Shown here: positions 30,319-39,447 of the stretch, one piece after another | How the letters are laid out: every line of letters starts with the position of its first letter | Numbering within the stretch: position 1 is the stretch's first letter | Notes under the pieces: generated by a model | The model's input: only the letters and a program-made list of their open reading frames with translations | What the model was told of the DNA's origin: nothing | The model's database searches: none | Source: Bacteroidales bacterium | Lineage (GTDB): Bacteria; Bacteroidota; Bacteroidia; Bacteroidales; Tenuifilaceae | Direction: 5' to 3' | NCBI GenBank assembly: GCA_028708425.1 | Contig: JAQVYY010000008.1 | Span: forward strand, 7,799-71,798 | DNA length: 64,000 bases | Position numbers and translations under genes: made by a program

Positions 30319-30523
30319 AGTAAAATAAATATGTGTTAGCGTAACTAAGAGCGCAAAATTAGAATAAATCAGCTAGAAACACTAATCGAAATTCGTTATA
30401 CTTAAAATACTTACATGAAATGTTTGTAGTGTTTTTTCAGTCTATACAGGTAGGGAGTGAATAAACTGACTGAAAACCTGCGGGCTATTGCTTCATATTT
30501 TTATTAATTGCTATAATGTTTTT

Positions 30524-30577
30524 TAGCCCCCCCCATTATTCATCAAATTTGTAAAAGATGAATACAAATGCGGGTTA
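30524..30577 (+). mobile_element. MITE-like repeat family 1, copy 8 (left hairpin module only)
   Basis: TAGCCCCCCCCATTATTCATCAAATTTGTAAAAGATGAATACAAATGCGGGTTA. Confidence 0.75.
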
Positions 30578-30661
30578 AATTCAAAATGTCGAGATATATT
30601 GGTTTAATTTCCTATTTTTGATTAATTTTATTCACAAAACCATATAATCATATCTCTCTTA

Positions 30662-32725
30662 ATGAAAAAGCGAATTAAACTCCCCTTTAAAAACGCTGTA
30701 GGTATGCTTGGTGGCTATGCTAAGGATCGCATAGTTGAGCAAATTAAACTAATTGCGTTTATTATATTTTATTTAGTTGCCTTTCAGGTAGTCATCCTAA
30801 GAGTGCCACTTGCCGATGCGTGGTCTATTGCAGGTGGTATTGGTTTGGTGGTTTTGGGTTTGGCGCTATTTCTCGAGGGGCTTATATTGGGGCTTATGCC
30901 TCTGGGCGAAAGGGTAGGTGTTAAGATGCCCGTAAAATTCGGAATTCTCTTTATTTCGATATTTGGAGTATTCCTCGGTTTTGGTTCAACCATTGCAGAG
31001 CCTGCAATTAGCTCATTGCGTACAGCCGGTGCTGGGGTTACCGCTTGGGATGCCCCCATGCTTTATATGCTTCTTGAGCGCCATACACAGGCTCTGGTTT
31101 ATACCATAGGTGCAGGTGTTGGGATAGCAGTGGTTATAGGTATGGTTAGATTCTACTACGAATTTTCAATAAAGCCCTTTATTTTTATTCTTATCCCTGC
31201 TGCCCTGGTTTTTACGTTTTTCTTGTCTTTTGATGAAAAATTAAATTCAATTATTGCATTGGCATGGGACTCGGGAGCAGTAACAACCGGAGCGGTAACG
31301 GTTCCCCTTGTGCTAGCTTTGGGTATTGGTGTTTCAAGGGCTGCGAGTAAGAATAAGGCGACGGGTGGGGGGTTTGGTATTATTTTACTTGCCTCAATCC
31401 TCCCAGTTTTTAGCGTGCTAATTCTGGGTTTAGCTCTCCGTTCATCGTCGCCAGATACAACAACCGAAGCTCATTTCTTTTCGGAAGAGAACAGGGAGAA
31501 TGCGCTTAAACTTTTCGATGATGAAGCCGCTCTTCTAAATCATGCTTTTACTCGAGGAAGTGAGGTTGGTCGCAAATCGTTTTTTGCCGATGAAGCGCTC
31601 TATCTTGAAAACCTTAACCAGCTTGCCAATAATCCCACGGTGTTAAAAGATATGCTTGGCGAAATGTCGTTTGATGCCTGGCTTAGCAAAAGAGCCTCCG
31701 AGAGCGAACGAAAATATATCGCCTCAGTAAAAACCGAACCCTTAGATGTTGCATCGGGGATTCCTGTTTCTAAAGTATTTAAAGAGGAATCGAAAATTGC
31801 ACTGCAGGCAGTTATACCATTAACATTACTGCTGCTTATTGTACTCCTTTTATTCCTTCGCGAAAAATTACGCTTCAAAGATGAGTTTGCACTGGGTATA
31901 GCGTTTACTTTGGTTGGTATGATACTTCTAACTTCAGGAATTCGTTTGGGTTTAGGCCCATTAGGAGGTCAGGTTGGTGCACAGCTACCCAGGGCATTCA
32001 GCAAGGAGGCCAAATTTATTGATAGTAAAATGATTGCCCCATTTGATACCACGGTTGTTTTTAGCACAATAGCGGTTGATGGTTCTAAAGCACAATTTTT
32101 TAACCTTACGCAGGATGGTAAAAATGAGGTGGTCGAATTTATACCAGATAATTACGATAAGGAGAATAATATATACGAGCATGTGATAAAGCGAGCGCCT
32201 TTGCTGGGGCCAAACCTTACTATTTTAGGTGTTCTTCTTGTTCTGCTTTTTGCTTTCGGAATGGGATTTGGTGCAACAATGGCCGAGCCTGCCCTTAATG
32301 CCCTTGGTATAACGGTGGAGGAGATGACGGTTGGTGCCGTGAAACGCTCCCAAATAGTGTCTGTCGTTTCGCTGGGGGTTGGCATTGGTCTTGTTCTGGG
32401 TGTGCTAAGAATACTCTACGATATACCGCTTATTTGGCTTATTTTTCCAGGTTACTTTATTCTTTTGTTGTTAACCTATTTTAGTGAGGACGAATTTACC
32501 TCCATGGCGTGGGATTGTGGTGGTGTTACCACTGGCCCCGTTACCGTGCCATTAGTACTGGCAATGGGGTTGAGTATTGGTGGCGAACTTTTCGTTGTTG
32601 ACGGGTTTGGAATTTTAGCCTGTGCATCCTTTTCGCCAGTACTTACGGTGCTTATCTTTGGGCTAATAACCCGTGCACGTCAAAAACGAATTGTTAACGT
32701 ATCAACCGAGCATGATGATGAATAG
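30662..32725 (+). CDS. Fused double-DUF1538 membrane protein (putative transporter)
   Basis: Two copies of the AEPA...AWD(S/C)G(A/G)VTTG(A/P)VTVPLVLA(L/M)G motif set, separated by a soluble linker. Confidence 0.8.
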   Translation: MKKRIKLPFKNAVGMLGGYAKDRIVEQIKLIAFIIFYLVAFQVVILRVPLADAWSIAGGIGLVVLGLALFLEGLILGLMPLGERVGVKMPVKFGILFISIFGVFLGFGSTIAEPAISSLRTAGAGVTAWDAPMLYMLLERHTQALVYTIGAGVGIAVVIGMVRFYYEFSIKPFIFILIPAALVFTFFLSFDEKLNSIIALAWDSGAVTTGAVTVPLVLALGIGVSRAASKNKATGGGFGIILLASILPVFSVLILGLALRSSSPDTTTEAHFFSEENRENALKLFDDEAALLNHAFTRGSEVGRKSFFADEALYLENLNQLANNPTVLKDMLGEMSFDAWLSKRASESERKYIASVKTEPLDVASGIPVSKVFKEESKIALQAVIPLTLLLLIVLLLFLREKLRFKDEFALGIAFTLVGMILLTSGIRLGLGPLGGQVGAQLPRAFSKEAKFIDSKMIAPFDTTVVFSTIAVDGSKAQFFNLTQDGKNEVVEFIPDNYDKENNIYEHVIKRAPLLGPNLTILGVLLVLLFAFGMGFGATMAEPALNALGITVEEMTVGAVKRSQIVSVVSLGVGIGLVLGVLRILYDIPLIWLIFPGYFILLLLTYFSEDEFTSMAWDCGGVTTGPVTVPLVLAMGLSIGGELFVVDGFGILACASFSPVLTVLIFGLITRARQKRIVNVSTEHDDE

Positions 32726-33923
32726 AGATAATACCACATCGCAAAAGAATTTTTCCCCCTCGAGGGCTGTTTGGAAAACACAACTCGACAAGGGAGTCCA
32801 CTCTCCGCATAGGGTGAGCAGAATAACCTGTATTGCTAACAAGATGTTTAGCGATAAGATTGTTGAGCAGGTTTTTAAGCTGGGCATAAATACTATATTT
32901 GGTGAAACTGGACGAACGGCTAGAGAGTTTATTACTCCCCGAAACCTTGGCCTGCCGGGTTCAACTGCTAAGCTCCAAAGTACTCCTGTTGATGTTTTTC
33001 GGTTTACAGTACAGCGAAAGCAAGCCCGAACGGTTATGGATTACCTTGTGAAGGTAGGTGGATTTAATACACCTGGCAGGGGAACAGTATTCTCGCAAGA
33101 TTTGATAGAGTTCACAAAAAAAGAGCCAATATTTATTGATTTTGATGAGATTAAGAGTGATGTTCCCCACGATATACCCTATCTAAAGAAATTATCCTAC
33201 GTTATTTGCGTGCTTTCCGTTCCGGGTAGCGGCGAGAAAATGGCAAAGGTTGCTCTTGACCTGGGGATATGTGTACCCCTAATTACGCATGGTATTAGTA
33301 ACGATTTGCGCGACCAAATGGGGCTTATTAGAATCACCATCTCTCCAGAAAAAGAGGTGGTGCATCTTATTATGCCAGAGCAGGATACGGAAAGTATTAT
33401 TAAGCTTCTTCTCGAGGAGGGAAGGCTTGATAAACCTGGCCGAGGTTTTATATACCAAACCCCAATAAGCTTCGGATTGATTGATACTCGCATGCGTGTA
33501 GGTAGGCAGCAGTACGCTGCTAGTATGGAGCAAATAATTGCAGCCGTTGACCAGCTAAAGGGTAGTACCTCTTGGCGTAAACGCCTCGATACTGATGGTG
33601 TAGATACTATTGATAAGCAGCTTTGGCTACCCAACGATAACTGCGAAATTTCGGTTGTTACCGAAGAGGATGCCGAGGAACAGTTGAAAGTGGCAGGGAT
33701 GGAGGCAGGTGCCACAGGTTCTACCGTATCGCGTTTAAAGATGATTGTATCTAGGTCTAAGGACAGAAAAGCATCCTCGTTGGTGCAGAGTACTTTTAGC
33801 GTTGCAGCAGAAAAAACCAACGACGTAGTTGATGCCCTGCTTAAGAATAGTGCTGTGGGTGTTAAAAGTTCAGAAAGAGTTCAGGTTTTGGATTCACCCG
33901 CTGCGTATATTCATACATTCTAG
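32712..33923 (+). CDS. Protein with three tandem PII (GlnB)-like domains
   Basis: Repeats ending NTPGRGTVF and LDKPGRGFIYQTPI (with PEKEVV), plus a degenerate third with AGATGST; overlaps the DUF1538 stop; start ATG 32712 or 32673. Confidence 0.65.
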   Translation: MMMNRDNTTSQKNFSPSRAVWKTQLDKGVHSPHRVSRITCIANKMFSDKIVEQVFKLGINTIFGETGRTAREFITPRNLGLPGSTAKLQSTPVDVFRFTVQRKQARTVMDYLVKVGGFNTPGRGTVFSQDLIEFTKKEPIFIDFDEIKSDVPHDIPYLKKLSYVICVLSVPGSGEKMAKVALDLGICVPLITHGISNDLRDQMGLIRITISPEKEVVHLIMPEQDTESIIKLLLEEGRLDKPGRGFIYQTPISFGLIDTRMRVGRQQYAASMEQIIAAVDQLKGSTSWRKRLDTDGVDTIDKQLWLPNDNCEISVVTEEDAEEQLKVAGMEAGATGSTVSRLKMIVSRSKDRKASSLVQSTFSVAAEKTNDVVDALLKNSAVGVKSSERVQVLDSPAAYIHTF

Positions 33924-33929
33924 TGCCAT

Positions 33930-34035
33930 TAACCCGCATTATTCATCAAATTTAGTGAAGATGAATACAAATGCGGGTTATCCCAACATAGTCGCTGCCG
34001 AAGACAGCAATTATTCGAATGAATAGTTGGGGTTA
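33930..34035 (+). mobile_element. MITE-like repeat family 1, copy 9 (central deletion)
   Basis: Both termini intact; the GCCCAATTTTGGGC hairpin region is absent. Confidence 0.85.
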
Positions 34036-34048
34036 AAATACATTTAAG

Positions 34049-34080
34049 CCGACTAGGTTACCGACCTTGGTCGGTTTTTA
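34049..34080 (+). terminator. Probable intrinsic terminator of the DUF1538/PII operon
   Basis: CCGACTAGG...CCTTGGTCGG followed by TTTTT. Confidence 0.6.
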
Positions 34081-34286
34081 TTTTGAATGAAGTGCGAAGC
34101 GGAACCTAATACCCGTTTGGTTTAGGCATAGCCTGTTCGAATATACAACGTATAGCTCCGAAGGAGCGATATTTCTATAACCGCGGGCGAACCCCACGAT
34201 TATTGATATTTTGCCATTTACTATTATCGATCATGTTTCATTTTCTACCCATTACTCATTAACTTTGGGGTTTAATATTAAACTTG

Positions 34287-35429
34287 ATGAGTAAACCTGC
34301 AATCAAGCCACAGGGCTCCTACATAAGCCATTTTAGTAATCTGGTAAAACAGCACGGAGGAATAAATCTGGCACAGGGAATTCCTGGATTTCAGCCGCCA
34401 AAGGAATTACTCGATGCATTACGCTCTGTAATTAGCGATGATGTTCACCAGTATGCCCCCAGCATTGGAAATCATAATCTTATTGATGCAATACATAAGC
34501 AATACGCCAGCAGCTATGCTGTTGAGCGTGATAATTTTTTGGTTGTGCAGGGTGCAACCGAGGCGCTATCGCTTATTTACAGCTATTTCAACAAGATTTT
34601 AGGCGATGATTTTTGCACCCTGAGTTTTGAGCCTGCATATGAGAGTTACAGCCAGCTGCCCTCAATATTTGGCATGCGTTTTATTAGCTACCCCCTCAAT
34701 CAAGATTTTTCTTTTTCTGTAGACGAATTACGAAATACCATTACCAGTAAAGGGGTGAAGGTTATTTTTCTTTCATCGCCCGGAAATCCCTACGGAAAGG
34801 TTTGGAGTAAGGAGGAAGTTGGAATTTTAATAGATTTAGCCAATGAGCTGAACTTTTATTTAGTTTTTGATGCCGTTTACAATGGTTTGTATTTCGATAA
34901 TCCATCCTACATTCCTTTGGACGAGATTTCGCCAAACGTGTTTTATGTCAATAGCTTTTCGAAGATGCTTTGCATCACGGGTTGGCGTATAGGTTACCTT
35001 TACGCTCACCAGCAGCATAGGGTAGGGCTAAGAGCTATCCACGATTACATAGGCCTTTGTGCACCTTCGGTTCAGCAGGTGGCGTTGGCTAGCTACTTGG
35101 CAACGTATAATTATGGTAATGATTTTGTAGCCAACTTTAGAGAGAAAGTTAAAGCTAATTTCAATAACCTTTCGGCAACATTAAGTAAGCTAGGTTTTTA
35201 TATTCCGCCTACCAACGGAGGATGCTTTATATGGGCAAAATTACCCAAGGGCATTACCGATGGATTTCAGTTTGCCAGCGAGTTGTACAACAAGGCCGGT
35301 GTGGCTATTATTCCGGGTGAGCATTTTAGTAAGAACCATACAGGCTGGGTGCGCCTAAACATTGCTAGTCCAGCTCACGAGATAAAGCAAGCCGAGGAGC
35401 GGATTACCCAATTCCTTTCAACCAAGTAG
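34287..35429 (+). CDS. Class I/II PLP-dependent aminotransferase
   Basis: INLAQGIPGF, SPGNPYG, FDAVY and SFSKMLCITGWRIG motifs. Confidence 0.9.
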   Translation: MSKPAIKPQGSYISHFSNLVKQHGGINLAQGIPGFQPPKELLDALRSVISDDVHQYAPSIGNHNLIDAIHKQYASSYAVERDNFLVVQGATEALSLIYSYFNKILGDDFCTLSFEPAYESYSQLPSIFGMRFISYPLNQDFSFSVDELRNTITSKGVKVIFLSSPGNPYGKVWSKEEVGILIDLANELNFYLVFDAVYNGLYFDNPSYIPLDEISPNVFYVNSFSKMLCITGWRIGYLYAHQQHRVGLRAIHDYIGLCAPSVQQVALASYLATYNYGNDFVANFREKVKANFNNLSATLSKLGFYIPPTNGGCFIWAKLPKGITDGFQFASELYNKAGVAIIPGEHFSKNHTGWVRLNIASPAHEIKQAEERITQFLSTK

Positions 35430-35432
35430 ACT

Positions 35433-36560
35433 ATGTGCATTTTTCAGGTTGCTTTTGGTGCTATTTGCTTGCTTTACTTCACTATAATTGCCCTTTTTGC
35501 ATTGGGTCTGTTTTTTAAGCAAAAGCATGGCGTCAAACCAAGCCTTAGCATACCCATTTCAATAGTTGTGGCGGTTCGTAACGAGGAGCAGGTTATTGAC
35601 CGATTGTTGAGGTCGATATTTGGGCAACATTACCCCTTGCAACGCTTCGAGTTGGTGCTGATAAACGACCATTCTGACGATGCAACTAGTGATATTGTAA
35701 CCCAATGGGCAAAGCAATACCCTAATATTTCACTGGTTCAACTTCCTGCCGATTTAGCGGGTAAGAAACAGGCCGTTGCCTTGGGTATTAAACTTGCAAA
35801 AAACGATATTATTGTCCTAACCGATGCCGATTGCACGCACCCAAAGGATTGGCTACGCACTATCTCGTCACAGTATAAAGCGTTAAAAGTAGATATGCTT
35901 ATTGGGCCTGTAATGATTTCGACAGGTAACTCTATTTTTAGCAACATTCAAGCCCTTGAGCATGCTAGTCTGACTGCCAGTAGTATCGGGGCATGTGGCC
36001 TGGGTATTCCATTTATGGCCAGCTCGGCCAACCTTTCGTTTAGTAAAAGTCGATTGGGTTTCGATGTGCAGATGCTTAATCCAAATCAAGCATCGGGCGA
36101 CGATGTTTTTCTGTTGCATAGTGCCAAGCGCAAAAAGGATTTCAAAATATCTAGCTTAACAGGTAAGGATGGATTGGTTTTTACGCAGCCAGCCAAAAAT
36201 GTGAAAGCATTTTTCAATCAGCGTGCCCGCTGGGCTTCAAAATCAACTAAATATACCGATTTTACTGCCATATCGGTTGGTTTTATAGTATTGCTATTTA
36301 ACTTGATGCTTGTTTGCTTAATGTTTCTTTCACTTTGGAATCCTATCTACTTAAAAATGCTTGCCGTTGGGTTTGTGGTTAAATCGGTAGCCGATATTCT
36401 GATGCTTTTCCCCTATTTAAAGCGATACCATAAACTATCGCTACTGAATGTTTTTGTACTTTTACAGTTGATCTACCCGATATATATAGTCGTGGCCTTT
36501 GGTATGGCTATCTTTACTAGCAACACGTGGAAAGGAAGAAGCGGAAATGGCAACAAATGA
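35433..36560 (+). CDS. Membrane glycosyltransferase family 2
   Basis: VRNEE, NDHSDD, TDAD, GDD and QRARW motifs. Confidence 0.9.
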   Translation: MCIFQVAFGAICLLYFTIIALFALGLFFKQKHGVKPSLSIPISIVVAVRNEEQVIDRLLRSIFGQHYPLQRFELVLINDHSDDATSDIVTQWAKQYPNISLVQLPADLAGKKQAVALGIKLAKNDIIVLTDADCTHPKDWLRTISSQYKALKVDMLIGPVMISTGNSIFSNIQALEHASLTASSIGACGLGIPFMASSANLSFSKSRLGFDVQMLNPNQASGDDVFLLHSAKRKKDFKISSLTGKDGLVFTQPAKNVKAFFNQRARWASKSTKYTDFTAISVGFIVLLFNLMLVCLMFLSLWNPIYLKMLAVGFVVKSVADILMLFPYLKRYHKLSLLNVFVLLQLIYPIYIVVAFGMAIFTSNTWKGRSGNGNK

Positions 36561-37774
36561 ATGTTTCTACTAGCAGAAGCGGATCTCCGTGGCGAGTGGC
36601 ATTCCGAAAGTTTTTCGGTAATAGGCTCTCGCTCTACTCCTCATTGTTTGTAGGAGCAGTTGCCCTAATGGCTTTTCTCGGTTACCTAATTGCACCCGAT
36701 TCAACTCCCTGGGCAAATAATCAACATCTAGAAATTGCGACTAAAAAACCAGGATTTAAGGCCGATTTCTTCCTAATCCCCAATAAAACGAAGGGTGAAA
36801 AACGGGGGTTTTTTAGTGGTCTTTTTATGGGTTGGCCAAGCAGCTGTAGGGAAGTGCCAATGCTATCCTATCGTCTAGAAGACTGGAACATCATTCTTAC
36901 CGAATATACCGAACCCGAGGATAGCCTTACCATTGAGAGCACCTATTCGGTTCAGGAAATTCTGTTCCCAAATCAAAAGCCAGAAAATATCCATCACATG
37001 CCAAACCTAATTACCATAGTTGATTATAATGGAATAACGGAAGAACACTCGGCTGCCGATATAGAATTGATTATTGAAAGAGATTTTATTAAAACCCAGC
37101 GGTTTTGGTTGGGCACCGATAGGTTTGGGCGCGATATGCTTAGTAGGCTAATTATTGGAGCCCGCATATCGCTGGCAGTGGGGTTTATAGCCGTTGCCAT
37201 ATCGTTGATAATTGGTATTATACTGGGTGCGCTTGCAGGTTACGTTCGGGGGTGGTTCAACGATTTTATAATGTGGTTTGTTAACGTGGTGTGGTCAATC
37301 CCCACGCTGCTTATGGTAATTGCATTAACCATGGTTTTGGGCAAGGGCTTTTGGCAAATTTTTGTGGCTGTTGGCCTAACCATGTGGGTAGAGGTGGCTA
37401 GGGTTGTACGCGGTCAGGTAATGAGTTTAAGAGAGAAAGAATTTGTTGAGGCTGCCCAGGTGCTAGGCTTTGGTAAAATGCGAATTATTTTCCGGCATAT
37501 CCTGCCCAACGTAATGGGCCCCGTTGCAATAATCTCGGCCGGAAACTTTGCCACTGCCATACTGCTTGAGGCCGGATTGAGTTTTCTTGGTATTGGTGTT
37601 CAGCCGCCAGTTCCCTCGTGGGGAACAATGATAAAAGACCACTACGGATTTCTTATAATGGATAAAGCCTTTTTGGCCATTATGCCAGGGGTAGCCATTA
37701 TGCTTTTGGTGCTGGCTTTTACGCTTATTGGCAACGGGTTACGCGATGCGCTTGATCCTAGAGAGTTGGAGTAG
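36557..37774 (+). CDS. Peptide ABC transporter permease (DppC/OppC-like)
   Basis: LGTDRFGRDMLSR, EFVEAAQVLG and LSFLGIG motifs; likely ATG 36557 overlapping the GT stop. Confidence 0.9.
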   Translation: MNVSTSRSGSPWRVAFRKFFGNRLSLYSSLFVGAVALMAFLGYLIAPDSTPWANNQHLEIATKKPGFKADFFLIPNKTKGEKRGFFSGLFMGWPSSCREVPMLSYRLEDWNIILTEYTEPEDSLTIESTYSVQEILFPNQKPENIHHMPNLITIVDYNGITEEHSAADIELIIERDFIKTQRFWLGTDRFGRDMLSRLIIGARISLAVGFIAVAISLIIGIILGALAGYVRGWFNDFIMWFVNVVWSIPTLLMVIALTMVLGKGFWQIFVAVGLTMWVEVARVVRGQVMSLREKEFVEAAQVLGFGKMRIIFRHILPNVMGPVAIISAGNFATAILLEAGLSFLGIGVQPPVPSWGTMIKDHYGFLIMDKAFLAIMPGVAIMLLVLAFTLIGNGLRDALDPRELE

Positions 37775-37776
37775 CC

Positions 37777-39291
37777 TTACTCCTTTTCTCTTAAAGGATA
37801 CTTATCGGCTTCGGTAGCAATATCGGTTATTAATACAAACATTGCCTTTAGTACGTTTGCCATATTTCTGAAGTTAATCTTATCGGGTGTATCGGTTGAC
37901 TTGTGGTAGTCAGCATGTGTGCCGGTAGTTACAATGAGTGCTGGAATTCCTTTTCTGTGAAAAGGGAAATGGTCTGAGCCCATTAGCCACATTATATTTT
38001 CAGGAAAATCTTGCTTTAGGTAGAACTCCGTGTTGCTCATCTGCCTATCTACCTTACGAAGTAGCCGTTTGGTTGGGCGTTTTACCTTACCAAACCCTAT
38101 TGGCGTGGTGTAAGCATAGCCCGGTTTGTTGGGGCGGTTGTCAGGGCGACCAATCATATCCATGTTAATTATCATAACCGTTTTATCAAGCGGGAAAACG
38201 GGATTATTCGCATAGTACATTGAGCCGTTAAGCCCAGATTCCTCGGCACAAAAGGCCATGAAAACTATCGACCTTCTAAATTCAAACCCGTTGCTTTGAG
38301 CCTGGGCACACATTCGTGCTAGTTCCATAACCCCAGCTGTTCCCGATGCGTTATCGTCAGCACCAAGGCAATAACCATCGGGCATTCGTCCTAAATGGTC
38401 GTAGTGTCCGCCAATAATAATCACCTCATCCTTAAGGTCGGTACCCTCGATATACCCAATTACATTTTTATCAAATAGCGTATCGGTTTTAATAAAGAAA
38501 TCTGTTTTGTAGGTTACTTGGGATATTGGGAAGCTGGTTGAGCGATTCTCTTTACCTACTTTTGCCGACGCTTTATTTAGAGATTTAATAGATTTTTCAA
38601 AAAAATCCCCCGTCAATTCTTTATTAAACATAAATACCCTAAGCGTATCATCCGTTTTAGGTAGATGATGATAGAGCCATTCGGATGAGCTGCGGATCAA
38701 CATGCTATTTGGGTAGCTATATCGCGAAGCGGTTAGCTCTCTCCGAATAAATCGTTTATTTCGTTTTGTGGGTAAGCTAATGGCAAACGATTTTGCATCG
38801 GTTTTTGATGCAATTTCCTCCAGATGTGCCATTGCATCATCCATTGTTTTGCCGTAAATATGCACAATGGTATCGCCAAGGTTATGGTGCGGCGGCGTGC
38901 TCTTGCCCCAGTACTTAATGGGTTGTGTAAGGCTGTCGGAAATGGGTTTTGTGGCTGCAAACGAGTAGTAAAAGCCCGCAACAGGTGGTATTTTGTTGGC
39001 AAAAATCCGTGTTTCGCCCTTGTCGAGTTTGGTAACGGGCATTTCTTGAAAATACGCTTTAGGGTTATTGGGAATGGGCTTTAGGTTAATAGCCTCAAAT
39101 TCCGAGGCGATATATTCGGCTGCTATCTGGCTCCCTTTATGGGGGAATTTTCGTCCCCCAAGGCTATCGGATGCTAAAAAGTATACATCGCGCACAAGCC
39201 TTTTTGTTGAAATCTCAACTTCTAAATTGTTCTGAGCAAAAGCTGAAACGCTTATTATAAATAGGAGGAATAGGTTAATTGTGCTTTTCAC
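37777..39291 (-). CDS. M28 family metallopeptidase
   Basis: GGHYDH, GADDNASG, AEESGL, NMDMIG and SDH motifs; signal peptide. Confidence 0.9.
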   Translation of the reverse strand: MKSTINLFLLFIISVSAFAQNNLEVEISTKRLVRDVYFLASDSLGGRKFPHKGSQIAAEYIASEFEAINLKPIPNNPKAYFQEMPVTKLDKGETRIFANKIPPVAGFYYSFAATKPISDSLTQPIKYWGKSTPPHHNLGDTIVHIYGKTMDDAMAHLEEIASKTDAKSFAISLPTKRNKRFIRRELTASRYSYPNSMLIRSSSEWLYHHLPKTDDTLRVFMFNKELTGDFFEKSIKSLNKASAKVGKENRSTSFPISQVTYKTDFFIKTDTLFDKNVIGYIEGTDLKDEVIIIGGHYDHLGRMPDGYCLGADDNASGTAGVMELARMCAQAQSNGFEFRRSIVFMAFCAEESGLNGSMYYANNPVFPLDKTVMIINMDMIGRPDNRPNKPGYAYTTPIGFGKVKRPTKRLLRKVDRQMSNTEFYLKQDFPENIMWLMGSDHFPFHRKGIPALIVTTGTHADYHKSTDTPDKINFRNMANVLKAMFVLITDIATEADKYPLREKE

Positions 39292-39447
39292 TTCACGAAA
39301 TTTAGGGTTAGAATATCCGAAGGCTTTTCTGTGAAATTTTAGTAAGCCAAAAGTAACTATATGTTAAACTTTTATCAATAGGGGGAGTGGTTTTTATGAA
39401 ATTTTAAAACTCACTCCGAACGTATTATGACTAAAGTATTTTATATT

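Noticed and set aside
33197-33820. Long antisense ORFs (207 aa here, 164 aa at 43238-43732, and others)
   Set aside because: They lie fully opposite well-supported genes and show no recognisable motifs
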